This document shows positions 25,322 through 37,306 of a stretch of 64,000 nt of DNA, piece after piece (the stretch's first letter is position 1; each line of letters starts with the position of its first letter). A program made the translations under genes and the position numbers. A model generated the notes under the pieces. That model made no database searches and was not told the origin of the DNA. It worked only from the letters and a program-made list of their open reading frames with translations. Source of the DNA: Spirogloea muscicola (taxonomy: Eukaryota); assembly GCA_009602725.1 (NCBI GenBank), contig WELB01000005.1:1454359-1518358 (forward strand), read 5' to 3'.

Positions 25322-27868
25322 TCATCGCGATTGGGCATGGGCCTCCCGACGCACAGGCCGGCTGCCCGGGCTCTCCTCAAGCTTCACGGCGCGGCCGCCT
25401 GCCGCCCGCGCAAGCTGCGCAGCGCGCGTACCAGCTGCAACAGAGCGGCTGACCTGCTCATCGACTCGCAGCACCTCCTCGGCGTGCCGGGCTGCCCGCC
25501 AAGCCTCCTGTACCGCATGGAGCACGCGCTGATGGCTCACAGGAGGCGGAGAGGCAGCTTGGGCGCTTGACGATGGGGTTGAGGGCGGCGAGCCCTCCGA
25601 TGGTGGCGCAGACTGCGGCAGCCTTGGCGAGGAGCTGCTCCTGCGCTCGAGCACCCCACGGTGCCAGTAGCCGGCGCGCGTCTCGCCATTGCGGAACGTG
25701 TACAGCCCAAGGCCCTGCTTGCGGCCCTCGTGCCATGCGCCCTCGTAGCGTTGCCCATTGGCGAACTGGTATATACCGTAACCATGCATGCGGTCTGCAA
25801 AGTACTCCCCTGCATACGAGTCCCCGTTCCTGATGGCACATTACATGCGATAGAGTGTTATTACCCAAGTGGACGTGAACTCGGAAGTAGAAGTAGAGCC
25901 CAGGACAAGCAAGAGCAGAAGCCCTATGTCACCATTGTGACAGCATGCCTACATCGATGCGATACTCGTATGCCAATGCTTCTGCCAGTAAGGCAAATTT
26001 AGAGTTCTGCTTTCCAACGTGCCCGAGTGTTGTACCAAGAGGAAGGCCAGTAGCCCATACCTGAAGAGGTACTTGCCGCAGCCGTGCTTGGCGCCCCATG
26101 CAAACTCTCCCGCATACCGGCTGCCATCGGCGCAAGTCTGTATACCGGCACCATGGCTCTGGCCACGCAGCCATTGCCCCGCATATACATCGCCCGTGTA
26201 GAAGCGGTAAACACCAAAACCTGAACGAAGGCCCTGGGCATAGTGTCCGCGGTAACGGCTGCCACGTGTCCAGGTCTCAATGCCGTGACCGTCGTATTTA
26301 CCATCGCGCCACTCGCCCTCGTACCGCCCGCCGGTAGCTACAAATATGTAGACGCCAACGCCAGCTGGACGGCCGCCCTGGTATTCGCCCTCGTACCTAT
26401 CGCCGTTGTCGTAACGATGCGAGCCTAGCGGCATCGTCGCGGGCGACCGCAGTGACGTCGATGTCGCCACCACGACATCCAGAGGCGCCAGCGTCCAGTG
26501 ACCAGAGGCGGACATGGGTGCGCCACCCGCATCGGGGGCCGCAACAACCACACTCCGCAAGAGCTGTTTCTGCTGGGGCGCTGCAGGAAGGGCAATGGCT
26601 GCAACGTCTTCAGCCACTGCTTGTGCTCACTGCGAATGCATAATGGCTGCAAATTCAGCAAACATCTGAGTGCTCTGAATGTCATCCCATTATTGTGCTT
26701 GGGGTCCAGCCACCACCCTCACCCGCTGTGGAAAGCGCAGCAGGCATGCACTTGTTGCTGCCACTGTCCCTTGTCACAGGCAGCAGGAACCGCCGCGGGC
26801 TGACCAGCCGGCCCTCGGCACCATCCTGCGGCCATGGCCAGGTTCGTGGTGCGTCAGGGGACGCCCCCCTGCTGTGCGCAGGGCACAATGGCGCTGCCAG
26901 CCATTAGCACAGCCCAGCCTGAGACAGGTGACGTGCATACCTCGGCATGCCATGGAAGAACCGACGGCAGCAGCCACACATGGACGGCTGCCCAGGACCC
27001 GGCTATGAGGCGGGCGGCGGCGACGGCGAGGACCGCCAGCGCCGCAGCGGCGGCGACGGACTCTGCCCACGTCAGCGGCGGGGGGCGGAGCAGGGGCAGG
27101 AGCGGCAGCGCGACGTGCATCGTCGACCGCATGTCCGGCAGCATCCGGAGCAGCAGGCCGCCCAGGCCGACAGCAATGAGCGCCAGCGGCAGCAGCGTCG
27201 GCTGCAACCAGAAAAGACGGTCATCAATATCGTCAATAATGTTATAACCGTCAATACTGTCATTGTCATCTTATCGTTATTATCGTCATCGTCGTCATTA
27301 GCCAAGGTGGCTCGACACACACTGCAGAGGCAGCGGGATGTCAAGGCAGCACGAGAGCCAGAGCCGGCGGACGTACGTGGAAGCCAAAGCGCTTTAGCCC
27401 GACAGCTGTCGACGACAACGACGGAGGCGGCGGAGCCAATGGCGGCCGGGAGATGGCCACCGCCGGGCCAGCGAGGGCGTCCAGGCTGCCCGGCACGGTG
27501 GGGGTGCGCAGCATCGAGGGGTTCCGCGAGAGGCCCATGGCGGCGCCGCTGCTGGCGAGGGGGGTATCGCCCCCGCCTCCGCCGCCGCCGCCGCCGCCGT
27601 CGGGCCGCCAGTCGTGGCGCGGCGAGGGCGGCGGCGGCGGCTGCTGGTGGTGGTAGTGGCGGTGCTGCGTGGCGGCGAGGGCGGGGAGGATGTCCAGCAC
27701 AGCGTGCGGCGCGCGCTTCTTGGGCGTGCAGGGCAGGCGCAGCGGCACGCAGGCGTACGCCGAGCTCACGCCCTCCGCGGCCGCCTCCTCCTGCTGCTGC
27801 TGCTGCTGCTGCGCCTTCGGCGGCAGCGACGCGGCGGCAGCGGAGGCGGCGGAGGTGCCCAAATGCAT
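25322..27868 (-). CDS. MORN-repeat membrane protein (plant family), multi-exon
   Basis: Tandem MORN repeats (GDRYEGEYQGGRPAGVGVY, GGRYEGEWRDGKYDGHGIETW, GSRYRGHYAQGLRSGFGVY, GQRYEGAWHEGRKQGLGLY). Two hydrophobic segments lie at ~27000-27200, and the C-terminus reads VDEQVSRSVAAGTRAAQLARAA. The start codon is tentative. Confidence 0.85.
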
Positions 27869-28139
27869 GTCACGGCGGCGCCCGCCTTCCGGGCCGCCGC
27901 CGCCCGTCAGTGGCAAACCGAGGGCTGTCTGGGGAGGACTGGCGGGGGCGCCATGGGCGGGGGAGGCCCGGAGGTGGGTGGGCGGGGGAAGGTGGTGAGA
28001 GCTACAGTTCCGCGGCCATGGAGGGTGTGGGCGCGCACGCTGGGGGCCCGCCCGGCTCCGCGGGCGACGGGGTGGGGAGCAGCAGCGGTTGGTGGTGGTT
28101 CTCGTTCCAACGGGGCCATCTCAGTGGCTCCATGTCTAC

Positions 28140-29150
28140 ATTCCCTTTTTGGGCTGGCCTCTCACAGCCATTGCCTTGAATGTTGGAACTGCTGTTTCTC
28201 CCAGTGGCTCTCCGGCCGCCGTACCTCATTAGTGGCGGGACGTCGCGGGGGCCCACCGCCGCCGACGTCGCGGAGCCCCCCAACCGGTTGGGGATGTTGA
28301 GCGCCATTCGTCGTGGCTTATATGGTCTTGTGGGGTTTTACGCTTTCCGTCCCTTGGCCAATCTTGTTTTCGGGCTGGCCCTTCACTGGATTAAGCTTTT
28401 CCAGGGGGCAGAATCTACTTCATTTCACGCGGGAGAAGTAGCTGTTCCACAGGGGGCGAGGGCTGCAAAGATGAGGCCTTTTGAGCTGCAAAGGGCCATC
28501 GCACAAAAGAAAAAACAGTTCCAGAAGGACCACAGCCGCCGCCTGGGTAAAAGAGTCTCACGTTGGGCCGCCGTTACTCCGCCCCGTCGGCCGGTCGTCT
28601 GCAACGGGCAGGCCAAAAAGCGGGCCCGGCCCTGCCCGGCCGCGCCTCGGGCGGGGAAGCGCCGCTGACGGGCAGCGCGGGAAAAGCAGAGCCGTGGCGG
28701 ACGATGCCCCTCCCGCCCAGCCCCCCCGAGTGTCGGGAAGGGAGCTCCCCGCCGCCGCAAGGGGTTTGGGGTTTATCCAAAACCCCCAGTGGCGGCGGCA
28801 AGGGGCCCACAACCCGCCTGGCCCATGTGAAGATTTAGGAAGGGCGATGGCTGTGATTGGCCAGCCCACAAATAGCATGCACAAAGTTCGAATGGGGGCC
28901 ATGTGGCTCCGACAGCAGCGCCCCCGCCACCCCCGCCATGACCGCGCCGGCTGCCCACCGCTTTCGCTGCTGACCAGTGGTTACTTTCAGAAGAAAGGGC
29001 TCGCCCATTGAGGATAGGGGCTGGACAAGCCAGCCCAAAAAAGAATGAACAAAGAACGAGAAGGGGGCCAGAGGAAGCCAGAGGAAGCGCTAAGAAACCA
29101 AAGCACACAAAGAAAGAAAGCAGCTACAAATTACTCAGGAACCCTCAGTA
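28140..29150. mobile_element. CRE-like retrotransposon 3' UTR fragments upstream of the MORN gene
   Basis: Terminal motif copies at ~28146(+), ~28368(+) and ~28840(-). A long minus copy at 28990-29135 is near-identical to 46278-46388 and 58775-58910. Confidence 0.68.
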
Positions 29151-29582
29151 ACTCAGTTACTTTCGCCCTGTTCCCACGGCGGTCGGGGACGGGGGTCGAG
29201 GTCGAAGGTCTTGCTGAGGTGTCGCGCGCTGAGTGGAAAAGACCCGTTTCACTGGAGGTCGCGCGCCGGTCATCCACCCCTCCACGCCAGCGCACGTGAA
29301 TCGATGACGCGGCCCGCCGTTTGCCACTCTGGCCCCCCGTTTGACACCGTGGCTCGCCGATTTTGCGGGGGGAGCGCGCGAATTTCGTACCGGGGTAGAC
29401 CCCGGTACGAAACGCGCGCTTTGGGAGGATGGCGGCGGAGCCAATCGACGGCAGCCACGCACACGCGCGCCCCCGCGCCAAAATGTGTCGATTCGAACTT
29501 CGATGAGGAGGGAGGAGGGAGGGAGGGAGGAGGGAGGGAGGGAGGAGGGGCTCCTCGCCCGCCTGCCTGCAGCAAAGAAGAT

Positions 29583-29905
29583 GAGGAAGAAGGTCTCTGA
29601 GCATACAATGTGGGTTTACCATCCCTCAAATAACGAGTATTCCTACACCACAGATGTGCAACTGGTAACAGGTTATCCGCTTAAGAACAACATAATGCAC
29701 AAGATCGTAGGTGTTGTAAACGACGACTCTTGCAAGGGACTTACAATAGAGGACGCAAGAGTCGCTGTTTACAACACCTACGATCTTGTGCATTATGTTG
29801 TTCTTTAGCGGATAACCTGTTACCAGTTGCACATCTGTGGTGTAGGAATACTCGGTAATTGAGGGATGGTAAACCCACATTGTATGCTCAGAGACCTTCT
29901 TCCTC
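29583..29905. repeat. Long near-perfect inverted repeat (arms ~150 bp, spacer ~22 nt)
   Basis: 29583-29732 (gaggaagaaggtctctgagcatac...gactcttgc) is the reverse complement of 29755-29905 with about 5 mismatches by eye. Confidence 0.95.
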
Positions 29906-29959
29906 GCCCTCTCTGCGCGCACTTCTCTCTGCGCTCCCCCCGCCTGTGCGGTCCCCCGC

Positions 29960-30557
29960 CTGGGGCATGTTCCTTGGGTCCGATGATGGAGAGGTGGCTG
30001 CCGTCCACAGCTCCCATGATGCACGGTATTCCCCTCAGCTCCTCAACGTCTGCAACGATGCCTGCCATCTGTTCACGTGTGGCCATCGCACGTACAATGG
30101 GAGTAGCTCCTTCTCGATGGCCTCTAAGACCTCCATAATAATCTTGCATGTCGTGGACGTTCCTAGACCAAAAAGGTCAGCGATCACGTTGAGATAACTC
30201 CCGCTTGCAAGACGATGGAGTGTGACTAGTATGCGCACCTCCACTGGCACCGCCTTCCGCATATTGGTGTCATGGCGTTGTAATGAGGGCCCCAGGTTTT
30301 GACATAGTATTTGGAAGGTGTGTCGTGACTCGAGATTTGAATAAGCCCTCATCGTAACCATGCATCAGAGTGTTGGCGTAAGTTGTTGACCTTTCGTAGG
30401 ACCAAAGACGTCTTCTCTTTGCTTGGTGCTCAGACGCCTTCCTCTCTTGCTCCCAAATGAGCAATGTCAACTCCTCGTCAAGGGCGATGTTGACGTCTAA
30501 GAAGATGAACATCATTAGCACCACCAGGAGTGCTATCACAATCCCTTCTTGCTCCAT
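29960..30557 (-). pseudogene. PIF/Harbinger (HARBI1/ALP1-like) DDE transposase pseudogene, frameshifted and 3'-truncated
   Basis: Reads RRRLWSYERS...YDEGLF [frameshift] SRHTFQILCQNLGPSLQRHDTNMRKAVPVEVRILVTLHRLASGSYLNVIADLFGLGTST...YVRWP [frameshift] GIPCIMGAVDGSHLSIIGP. It ends just after the first catalytic Asp motif. Confidence 0.88.
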
Positions 30558-30654
30558 GTCTGCACAAGCAGACGATGGAGAAGTTTATAGCTGAGGCTTG
30601 TATGCGAACTTTCACAATCCTCAAACTTGTCCCAGCTCACTCGCAACCGGCATG

Positions 30655-30963
30655 TGACTTGGCACGCCCGCAAAGCTTGCAAACTGTCGACACAATGCGT
30701 GCAATAGTACCTGGGAGAGCGGCAGTGCTCTTTGCTTGAGTTCAAGAATCGGCGGTGCAACTGAAGGCCGGTCCAGCCGCCTGCAAAATCCATCCAGCCA
30801 CAAGTTGGCTCAGCAACGGACGGGCGGGCATGACTCGGCACGCCCGCAAAGCTTGCAAATTGTCGACACAATGCGTGCAATAGTACCTGGAAGAGCGGCA
30901 GTGCTCTTTGCTTGAGTTCAGGAATCGGCGGTGCAACTGAACGCCGGTCCAGCCGCCTGCAAA
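30655..30963. repeat. Direct tandem duplication (~130 bp shared core, period ~177 bp) upstream of the transposase
   Basis: ggcacgcccgcaaagcttgcaaa...ccggtccagccgcctgcaaa occurs at 30661-30787 and 30837-30963. Confidence 0.9.
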
Positions 30964-31659
30964 GTCCCTGCAGGCACAGGATGAGTCAGCAACTCATGGC
31001 GGGCTTGTTTGGCGGCGTGCCCGCTATGCCCTCGGCGTACGCGGTGCAGCGCTTGTGGCAGCCACCCGCAGTTGCTGATTGCACCCCCATGCTTGCGCCA
31101 GCGTTGACGCACTGCCGCTGTTGTTCTCCTCGCAGCGCGAGCTTGCAGGTTGGAGGTTGCGACGAAGAAGGCAGGTCGCAAGTGGCTGCGGAATCTCTGC
31201 AGCCGGCAGTGCTCGTGCAGCACACTCGCAGTGGCCTTGCGCTTGCGCGTCCGCGTGCCACCGCTGGCGGCGTCCAGAGCGGGCGCGCCCGCACTGCCCG
31301 GGCCGCCTGCGCTCGGTAAGCCAGTCGCAAGCAATGGGAGTGGGAGCAGTTGCCTTGCTTCTCTTCTCGTCCACCACCGCGGCGCGCACCTGCTCCCGCC
31401 TTGCGGCAGGCGGAGCGCCGAGCTGGCGCTCCGCTGTCGCACGTTTCCGCCAAATCTCCGCACGTGCTGCTGGTGTGGCGGCTGGGCGCCCGGCGACCTC
31501 CGCCACGTAATGGTCATCCGACCTCGACCTCGACCTTTTCGTGAAGGGGGGGTTTGAACAAGTGGCTCTCTCAAGGGGGTGTGCAGAGTTGAGACTCTTC
31601 CAGTGCTGTGATCGACCCTAAACCTAAGCCTAAACCCCAAAAACGAAATTGGCAGAGAA

Positions 31660-33130
31660 GGGAATGAAGGCGAGAGCTGTGAACAGCCAGCCCAAAGCAG
31701 CTCACAGCCATACTCCGGAAGAGCAACTTTATCCAAAGAGCGGCACTGCAATCAGAGCCATCGCCCTCCTTCTGGAAGAGAAACGACGCTTCCAGGAGAG
31801 GGCGGTGGCTGGGAGACGCCAGCCCATAGAATAGAGCTGGAAGGAGTCTTCTTCTGAAGGCGGCGCGAGCTGTGCAATAGCTGTGACGCATTTTACTTGG
31901 GACGCATACCAAGAGTCTTTCTCTCATTGGAAGAAGCTCGCCCAACTTAAGCAGGTGGCTGGGAAAGCCAACCCAGGAAGAATGGACAATGTTCAAAGAG
32001 CCATAAAGGGCCTAAACCACACAGCTATGCAGGAGACTACAGCGGAGGGGAGCTTAGTAAACCAGGTAACTCATTGGGGAAATGCTGTCCATTCTTTCTG
32101 GGCTGGCTTTTTGCAGCCCCCACCCATTTTCATTCTTCTATTTGGATGATGTCGTGGCATTAGGGGCACTCACGCCGACTGTACTGGCTGGCGACAAAGC
32201 ATGCGGATATAAAGAGCGGCACTGCAAGGATCAACTCCGGGGAGACCCCTTTCATTCACGCGATATGAACATCTATGGCGGCTACGGTATGCACTAGTCA
32301 CTACTCCACTGCTTGACTCAGCTGGTAGACGCATGTTGTTGTAGTCGGGCCGGTGGCTTGGGGCATGATAGCGTCCCGCAAGCATTTATTGCCGTGCCGT
32401 GCAGTGTAGCGACTGCCTGTGACCCGAGTGGGGGCGTTGCAAGGCTGCTGAATGGGCGGCGCCTGCCGGGGCCCAGGGCGCCGCGTCGAGGGCCTGCCCG
32501 CCCCAAGCCGGGAGTCGGGCGCGGGCGCCCCTCGGAGGGGGGGCGCTCGCGCCGCGCTGAGGTGGCGGGCACCGCGCCAGGCGGGGAACCGAGCAGCGAC
32601 CACCGCCCGCCCTGTATGCGGCTGTTGCTTGCTTTGCATCGTTCCCCTAGGCTCTAGCCGTACATTAGCGTGCTGGGCGGCCACTGAGCCAGGCCACTGC
32701 CGTCCGTGGTGGACTTAGGCTCTCAGATTAGTCCATCGGATATGTTTGTGCTCACTCGTGGGTTAAAGTGTATTTCGTCAGTTGTGTTCTTCAATCTTAC
32801 CTTAGCCCCTCTTACCTTTTTCGATGGTCTTTCCATACAGTGTACTGGTGTTCATTGGCCTCCTGTTCGCGCTTTTGCTGCAGCCTTTGAACGCTCGGTC
32901 ATGCCGAGCTGGCCACAAACTGCAATCACGACAGGTTGCACTGGCCGCTCGTTGCCCTATCGACAGGGGACTTGTTACCCGATAACCAGTCCCTCTGACC
33001 TGCGGAAGCTTACCAGGGAATATTGAGCACCCAGTGGCCATTTGAGTCGCCGTGTGCTTTAGTGCTTTTCTGGCACCTTTGAACTTTGTTCATTCCTCTT
33101 TCCTAGGCTGGCCATGCCATTGCCGTCCTT
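31660..33130. mobile_element. Cluster of CRE-like retrotransposon fragments including an endonuclease-domain remnant
   Basis: Terminal motifs at ~31675, 31760, 31800, 31955 and 32095. Peptide remnants LAGDKACGYKERHCKDQLRGDPFHSRDMNIYGG (~32183-32281), CMRLLLALHRS...RAGRPLSQAT...SDMFVLTRG (~32613-32763) and YRQGTCYPITSPSDLRKLTREY* (~32958-33026). Confidence 0.68.
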
Positions 33131-34723
33131 GAAGTGTCCTGAAGCGAGCTTCCTTTCTGAAAGTTTTCTTGCTCTGCCTGCTCGTCTTTCACGTTCAGCA
33201 ACCTGTACCTTGCTGTTCATGTTCTGCAGCCTGTACCTGTCTTTGACGTCCTACAGCCATCACTTCCTGTCGTAATGTGGGAGGACCAGCAGACCGTCCT
33301 CGTCTTGGCGCAGATGCAGACGCAGACGCAAACGCAGATTTACTCATGGTCACGCAGAGTTCAGAGTAGCACAAAGACTTGCCTGGTTACGCACAGAGCC
33401 GGCGAGCACTCAGCTCCACCTGGCCGCACACAGAGCTGGCAAGCGCACAACGCCGCCTCGCCGCACACAGAGCCGCCGCACACACAGCGCTGCCTAGCCG
33501 CACACGCGATCCAGCGAGATCGCTCGGGCCAATTATGCAATATGCAGGGGCCTCCCTTACCGAGGGCGACTCTCATCGGCCCAGCAGGACGAGCGGGATG
33601 GGTGACTATCCCGGCCCACTGATTCACCACATTACTACGTTCAATACTTTCTCCCTTGCACATTGCCGTCCCATATCCCTACATTGGATGTTGACCCCTA
33701 CTTGCTGACCTGTAAATACTAAGCGGGACAGGCATAGCAGCAGGTGATGAAAGTGATGAAAGTCTGTGGATGTGCTTGCCTAAGTTACTTGGCCACTTGG
33801 ACTACACCACTCAAGACACGCCTATATCCCGCCCTAAAAGTGTCTTGCACTGAGGATGGGCAGCCATCTTGTGCCCGAGGGGCTTTTGAATGTCCGCCAA
33901 TCATAATGCACTAGCGTGCCATGCTAGGCAGCAAGCTGCAATTGGCAGACCTTCGTAGAGCTTGGAGATCACGGTGGACTACTTGTGCACCGGGTGGTGC
34001 TTCTAATGATCTTGGAGATCCTCGTCCTAACAGAGTTTCAATGCACACAGACTTCACTGTCCACTTGAAGTCTTGCTGACCAGTAGACTTACACGTGCTA
34101 TCACAATAAAACAGCAAAACATATTGATGCTCCCAAGCTGTAGATGTTGACGAGCTGCAAGCTCTCACTAAGTGATCTGTGGAGCATGAAGGGCACCCTC
34201 AATGGAGCTTGACAGGGTTGTGAATCCCAATACTTCTTCACTGATCAACAGGCTGAGAAAGTTGCACATATCTGAAGTCACGCAACCTGCAAGCATGCTG
34301 TCCCAGAAGAAATGGTTATTCTCCCATGCCAAATCTGGCAGCGGCTGCTCCTAACCTTTCTCTGCTACAAATATCACTGCAAATTCAGTGGCACAATTAC
34401 CCAAGGCAGGGGTCTAGATGAGGGATGTCAAAAGTGGAAGTGACTGCATAGTCATCGCATCTTGGGTTCATGCTCTTCAGGCTACCACCGGATGCTCAGA
34501 CAGACCTGCAGCCAGAATGTGCAAAAAGGGATGCTGATGAGAAACGGGTGGGGGCGCCCAGGGAAGGAGAGGGACAGCCCAAAACGGAGCCGACGTTGCG
34601 CCAGCCCACAGCTCAGAACAACGGTCACTGCCCTGGCATGGTGCTCCACGCAGAGGAGCAACCCCCTAGAGCCACGGGCAAAAGGTCCCCGCATGCCTAT
34701 CTAAAAGCAATCATGCGAGCTCT

Positions 34724-36601
34724 CTAAAGCTCGTCAGCACCCTCCTCCCCATCATCATGATCGATGCCACCTTCATGCTCATTCAAGTCCTGCCCTTCCT
34801 CATCCAAGCCGCCGACTTCGCCCTCACCATCGCCCTCCAATTCGCCCTCAAGTTCGCCTTCAACTTCACCTTCGCCCTCGCCCTCACCTTCGCCCTCGCC
34901 CTCAATTTCGCCCTCTACAAGAGGAGCAATGGCAACCTCCTCCTCCTCTGTTGGCTCGGCCTTTATGAAGTGCGGAACGAGGAGCTTGGTCATGCTGAAG
35001 CCAACGAACTCATCAACGCCAAATAGCTTCTTCAACTTCTCATCAGACAGTATCTTACGCTTGTCGGAAGGATCCTGCAATTCCCAGGTTGGCTTCAAGC
35101 CTAATCAGCATCAAAAGCACACTTGCCGCTGTGCTCGCTAACCAGAATGCATGGAGCCTCCTGCTACCTGCAGGATGACCAGTGTAATTATCTGATAGAC
35201 AAACAGGCTTGCTGACCACAGAAGGTGGAAGATTGTAAACTCTTAAGCTTAGAAAGCAATCTTATGGAGTTTGCCTATGTCGAGAGGCGAAAGGGCAAGA
35301 GGACACAATTACCTGCAGATTATTCTCTTTGATGTGCGCCCACAGCCGCTTCACAATCTCTGAGCGACTGAGGTGTGTCTCCCCAGTGCCGATGAACTCA
35401 ACAAGAGGCTCAGAGAGCTGCAGAGGAGCAGAGAAGGCTGACCCTCTGCCGGCTCCAGGGTTAAGAGGCTTCTTAGGCTTGGGCTTGCCTGCACATGATC
35501 AGACATGATGCTGGATCTCAAAGGGGCATTTCCCATTCTGTTAAGCGCACAAACGGCAAGGCCAACACTTCCAAGTCTATATATCCAATCTCAAATATAG
35601 CCCAACAATCAGAGACACACAGCTAGGCGAGATGCAATGTTGATGTAGCAGCTCGCACCATCGTCTATTGTGAAAATGTGTTGAGAGAGGAGCTTGTTCA
35701 TCTGCAGCATATCGGTGTGCTCGACACCAAATAAGCTCCTCAGCGTCGTATCACAAAGAATCTGCCTCTTATTCTCCTGGTTCTGGAGGTTGTTTGCCTT
35801 GATGTAGTCCCAGACGCTTTTAACCACCTGACGGCCGACCAGAAGCCATCCCTATCAGGATAGTTGCAGGGCATGCAGGCAACGCCCTGGTCGCTGACTT
35901 GCTCAGGTAGCCACTGACAGCTCAGGAGCAGACAAGGCCTTGTTCTGACCATTTAGTATGGCACTTGATGATGTATGCGAACATGTGCTGCTAATGAGGA
36001 GCCTCTGGCAGAAGTGACTGCCGCTGGAAAGGCTGGAGTGCTCTTCTGACCAACGGCAACGAGCATGGTGCGTCAGCCTGCTTGCCTGAGTTCGGGGCAG
36101 CTGCGTGTGGCCAACGATTGCTGCCAGCTCCGGAGAGAGGTTGCAAATCTTGGTCAGACCGCCACCTCCACCGCCCTCCCTCTTCTTCCGGACCTTCTTC
36201 CCTTTCCTGCACGGTTTGCCCGAGTGGTAGCTAGTCAGAGGCGAGACGCACGGGGAATGTCCCATCTCATCGCCAATGGGTCAGTGTGTCAGGCTGTCAG
36301 CAGCTGACACAGTGGTGTCTAGGGCCGAGAAGGGCACGCACTTGTCCTCCTTCATCTTCCTCCTCCTCTTCTTCGCGGGCTGCGGCTCGTCGTCATCGTC
36401 GTCGTCGTCCTCGTCGGCGTCCTGGCGAGCCTTCAGGTACTTCTCGACCTCCTGCCGGATAAAGGCCTTCTTGTCCGAGAGGTCAACGCCGCCGAGCGAT
36501 TGCTCCAGTTGTATCCTGACGGATCGCTCGGTGGTGGTGTTGAGGTCGGCGCCAGCCAGTATCTTCCGGAGGCCCCGCGAGATGTCCACATCGGCGACCA
36601 T
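34724..36601 (-). CDS. DEK-C + two SWIB/MDM2-domain protein (UAF30/spp27-like), 5 exons, acidic tail
   Basis: MVADVDISRGLRKILAGADLNTTTERSVRIQLEQSLGGVDLSDKKAFIRQEV (DEK-C). SWIB1 reads LSPELAAIVGHTQLPRTQ|VVKSVWDYIKANNLQNQENKRQILCD. SWIB2 reads LSEPLVEFIGTGETHLSRSEIVKRLWAHIKENNLQ|DPSDKRKILSDEKLKKLF. Confidence 0.9.
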
Positions 36602-37108
36602 TGTGGCCAGCGGGCCGGCCGCCTCGGCAGCGGCCGTGCCTAGGGCACCATCCCTTGGTGGCGAAGCAGCTCCGAGCGGCCAGGCGCCGGGGCTCCCGCG
36701 GGCGGAGCCCCCTGCCGCGCGCGCGCCTCCACGTCTTGGCCGCGCGCGGGGATAGCCGCGGCCCGCTCCTCCCCGCCGCCGCCGNNNNNNNNNNNNNNNN
36801 NNNNNNNNNNNNNNNNNNNNNNNNNNNNNNNNNNNNNNNNNNNNNNNNNNNNNNNNNNNNNNNNNNNNNNNNNNNNNNNNNNNNNNNNNNNNNNNNNNNN
36901 NNNNNNNNNNNNNNNNNNNNNNNNNNNNNNNNNNNNNNNNNNNNNNNNNNNNNNNNNNNNNNNNNNNNNNNNNNNNNNNNNNNNNNNNNNNNNNNNNNNN
37001 NNNNNNNNNNNNNCCCGGCCGCCCGCCCCCACCCACCTCCTCCTACGGGGGGCCCCCTTCCCGAATCGCACGGCCCGTGAGGGGCCCCGGCGCAAATCAG
37101 GTGATGGC

Positions 37109-37170
37109 TGCGGTGGGGAGGAATCGAACCCTCTCACCCTTGCATTTATCTACCAAACCTTAGCTCCCCC
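37109..37170 (-). other. Degenerate tRNA-like sequence (pseudo-tRNA or SINE head)
   Basis: Minus strand reads GGGGGAGCTAAGGTTTGGTAGA...GAGGGTTCGATTCCTCCCCACCGCA, giving an A-box-like motif and a B-box (GGTTCGATTCC). The anticodon arm is too short. Confidence 0.3.
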
Positions 37171-37254
37171 TGAATCAGTGTTTGTCTACAAATCTTTTCA
37201 TATCCTTAGCTCCTCGTCGATTCACTGTTTGTTGCTCCATACGTACAGTAGTGG

Positions 37255-37306
37255 CCTGCTTTGGCCTCCCTCACATTTTAATGCGCACCGCGCGCGCCTT
37301 CTCTCC
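37255..37306 (+). mobile_element. Isolated type-II retrotransposon 3' terminus
   Basis: ttggcctccc...atgcgcaccgcgcgcgccttctctc matches the termini at ~14735, 24040, 45875, 46208 and 46502. Confidence 0.55.

Larger units (their letters stand above)
29165..31570 (-). mobile_element. Decayed PIF/Harbinger DNA transposon (boundaries tentative)
   Basis: Contains the transposase pseudogene. Possible degenerate inverted ends are gccctgttc-N20-ggtcgaggtcgaaggtc (~29165-29210) and the reverse complement of 31520-31567 (gccacttgttc-N~20-ggtcgaggtcgaggtc). No clear target-site duplication. Confidence 0.45.

Noticed and set aside
26947..28179. 410-aa + strand ORF
   Set aside because: It is a low-complexity antisense shadow of the GC-rich first exons of the MORN gene, with no recognisable motifs.
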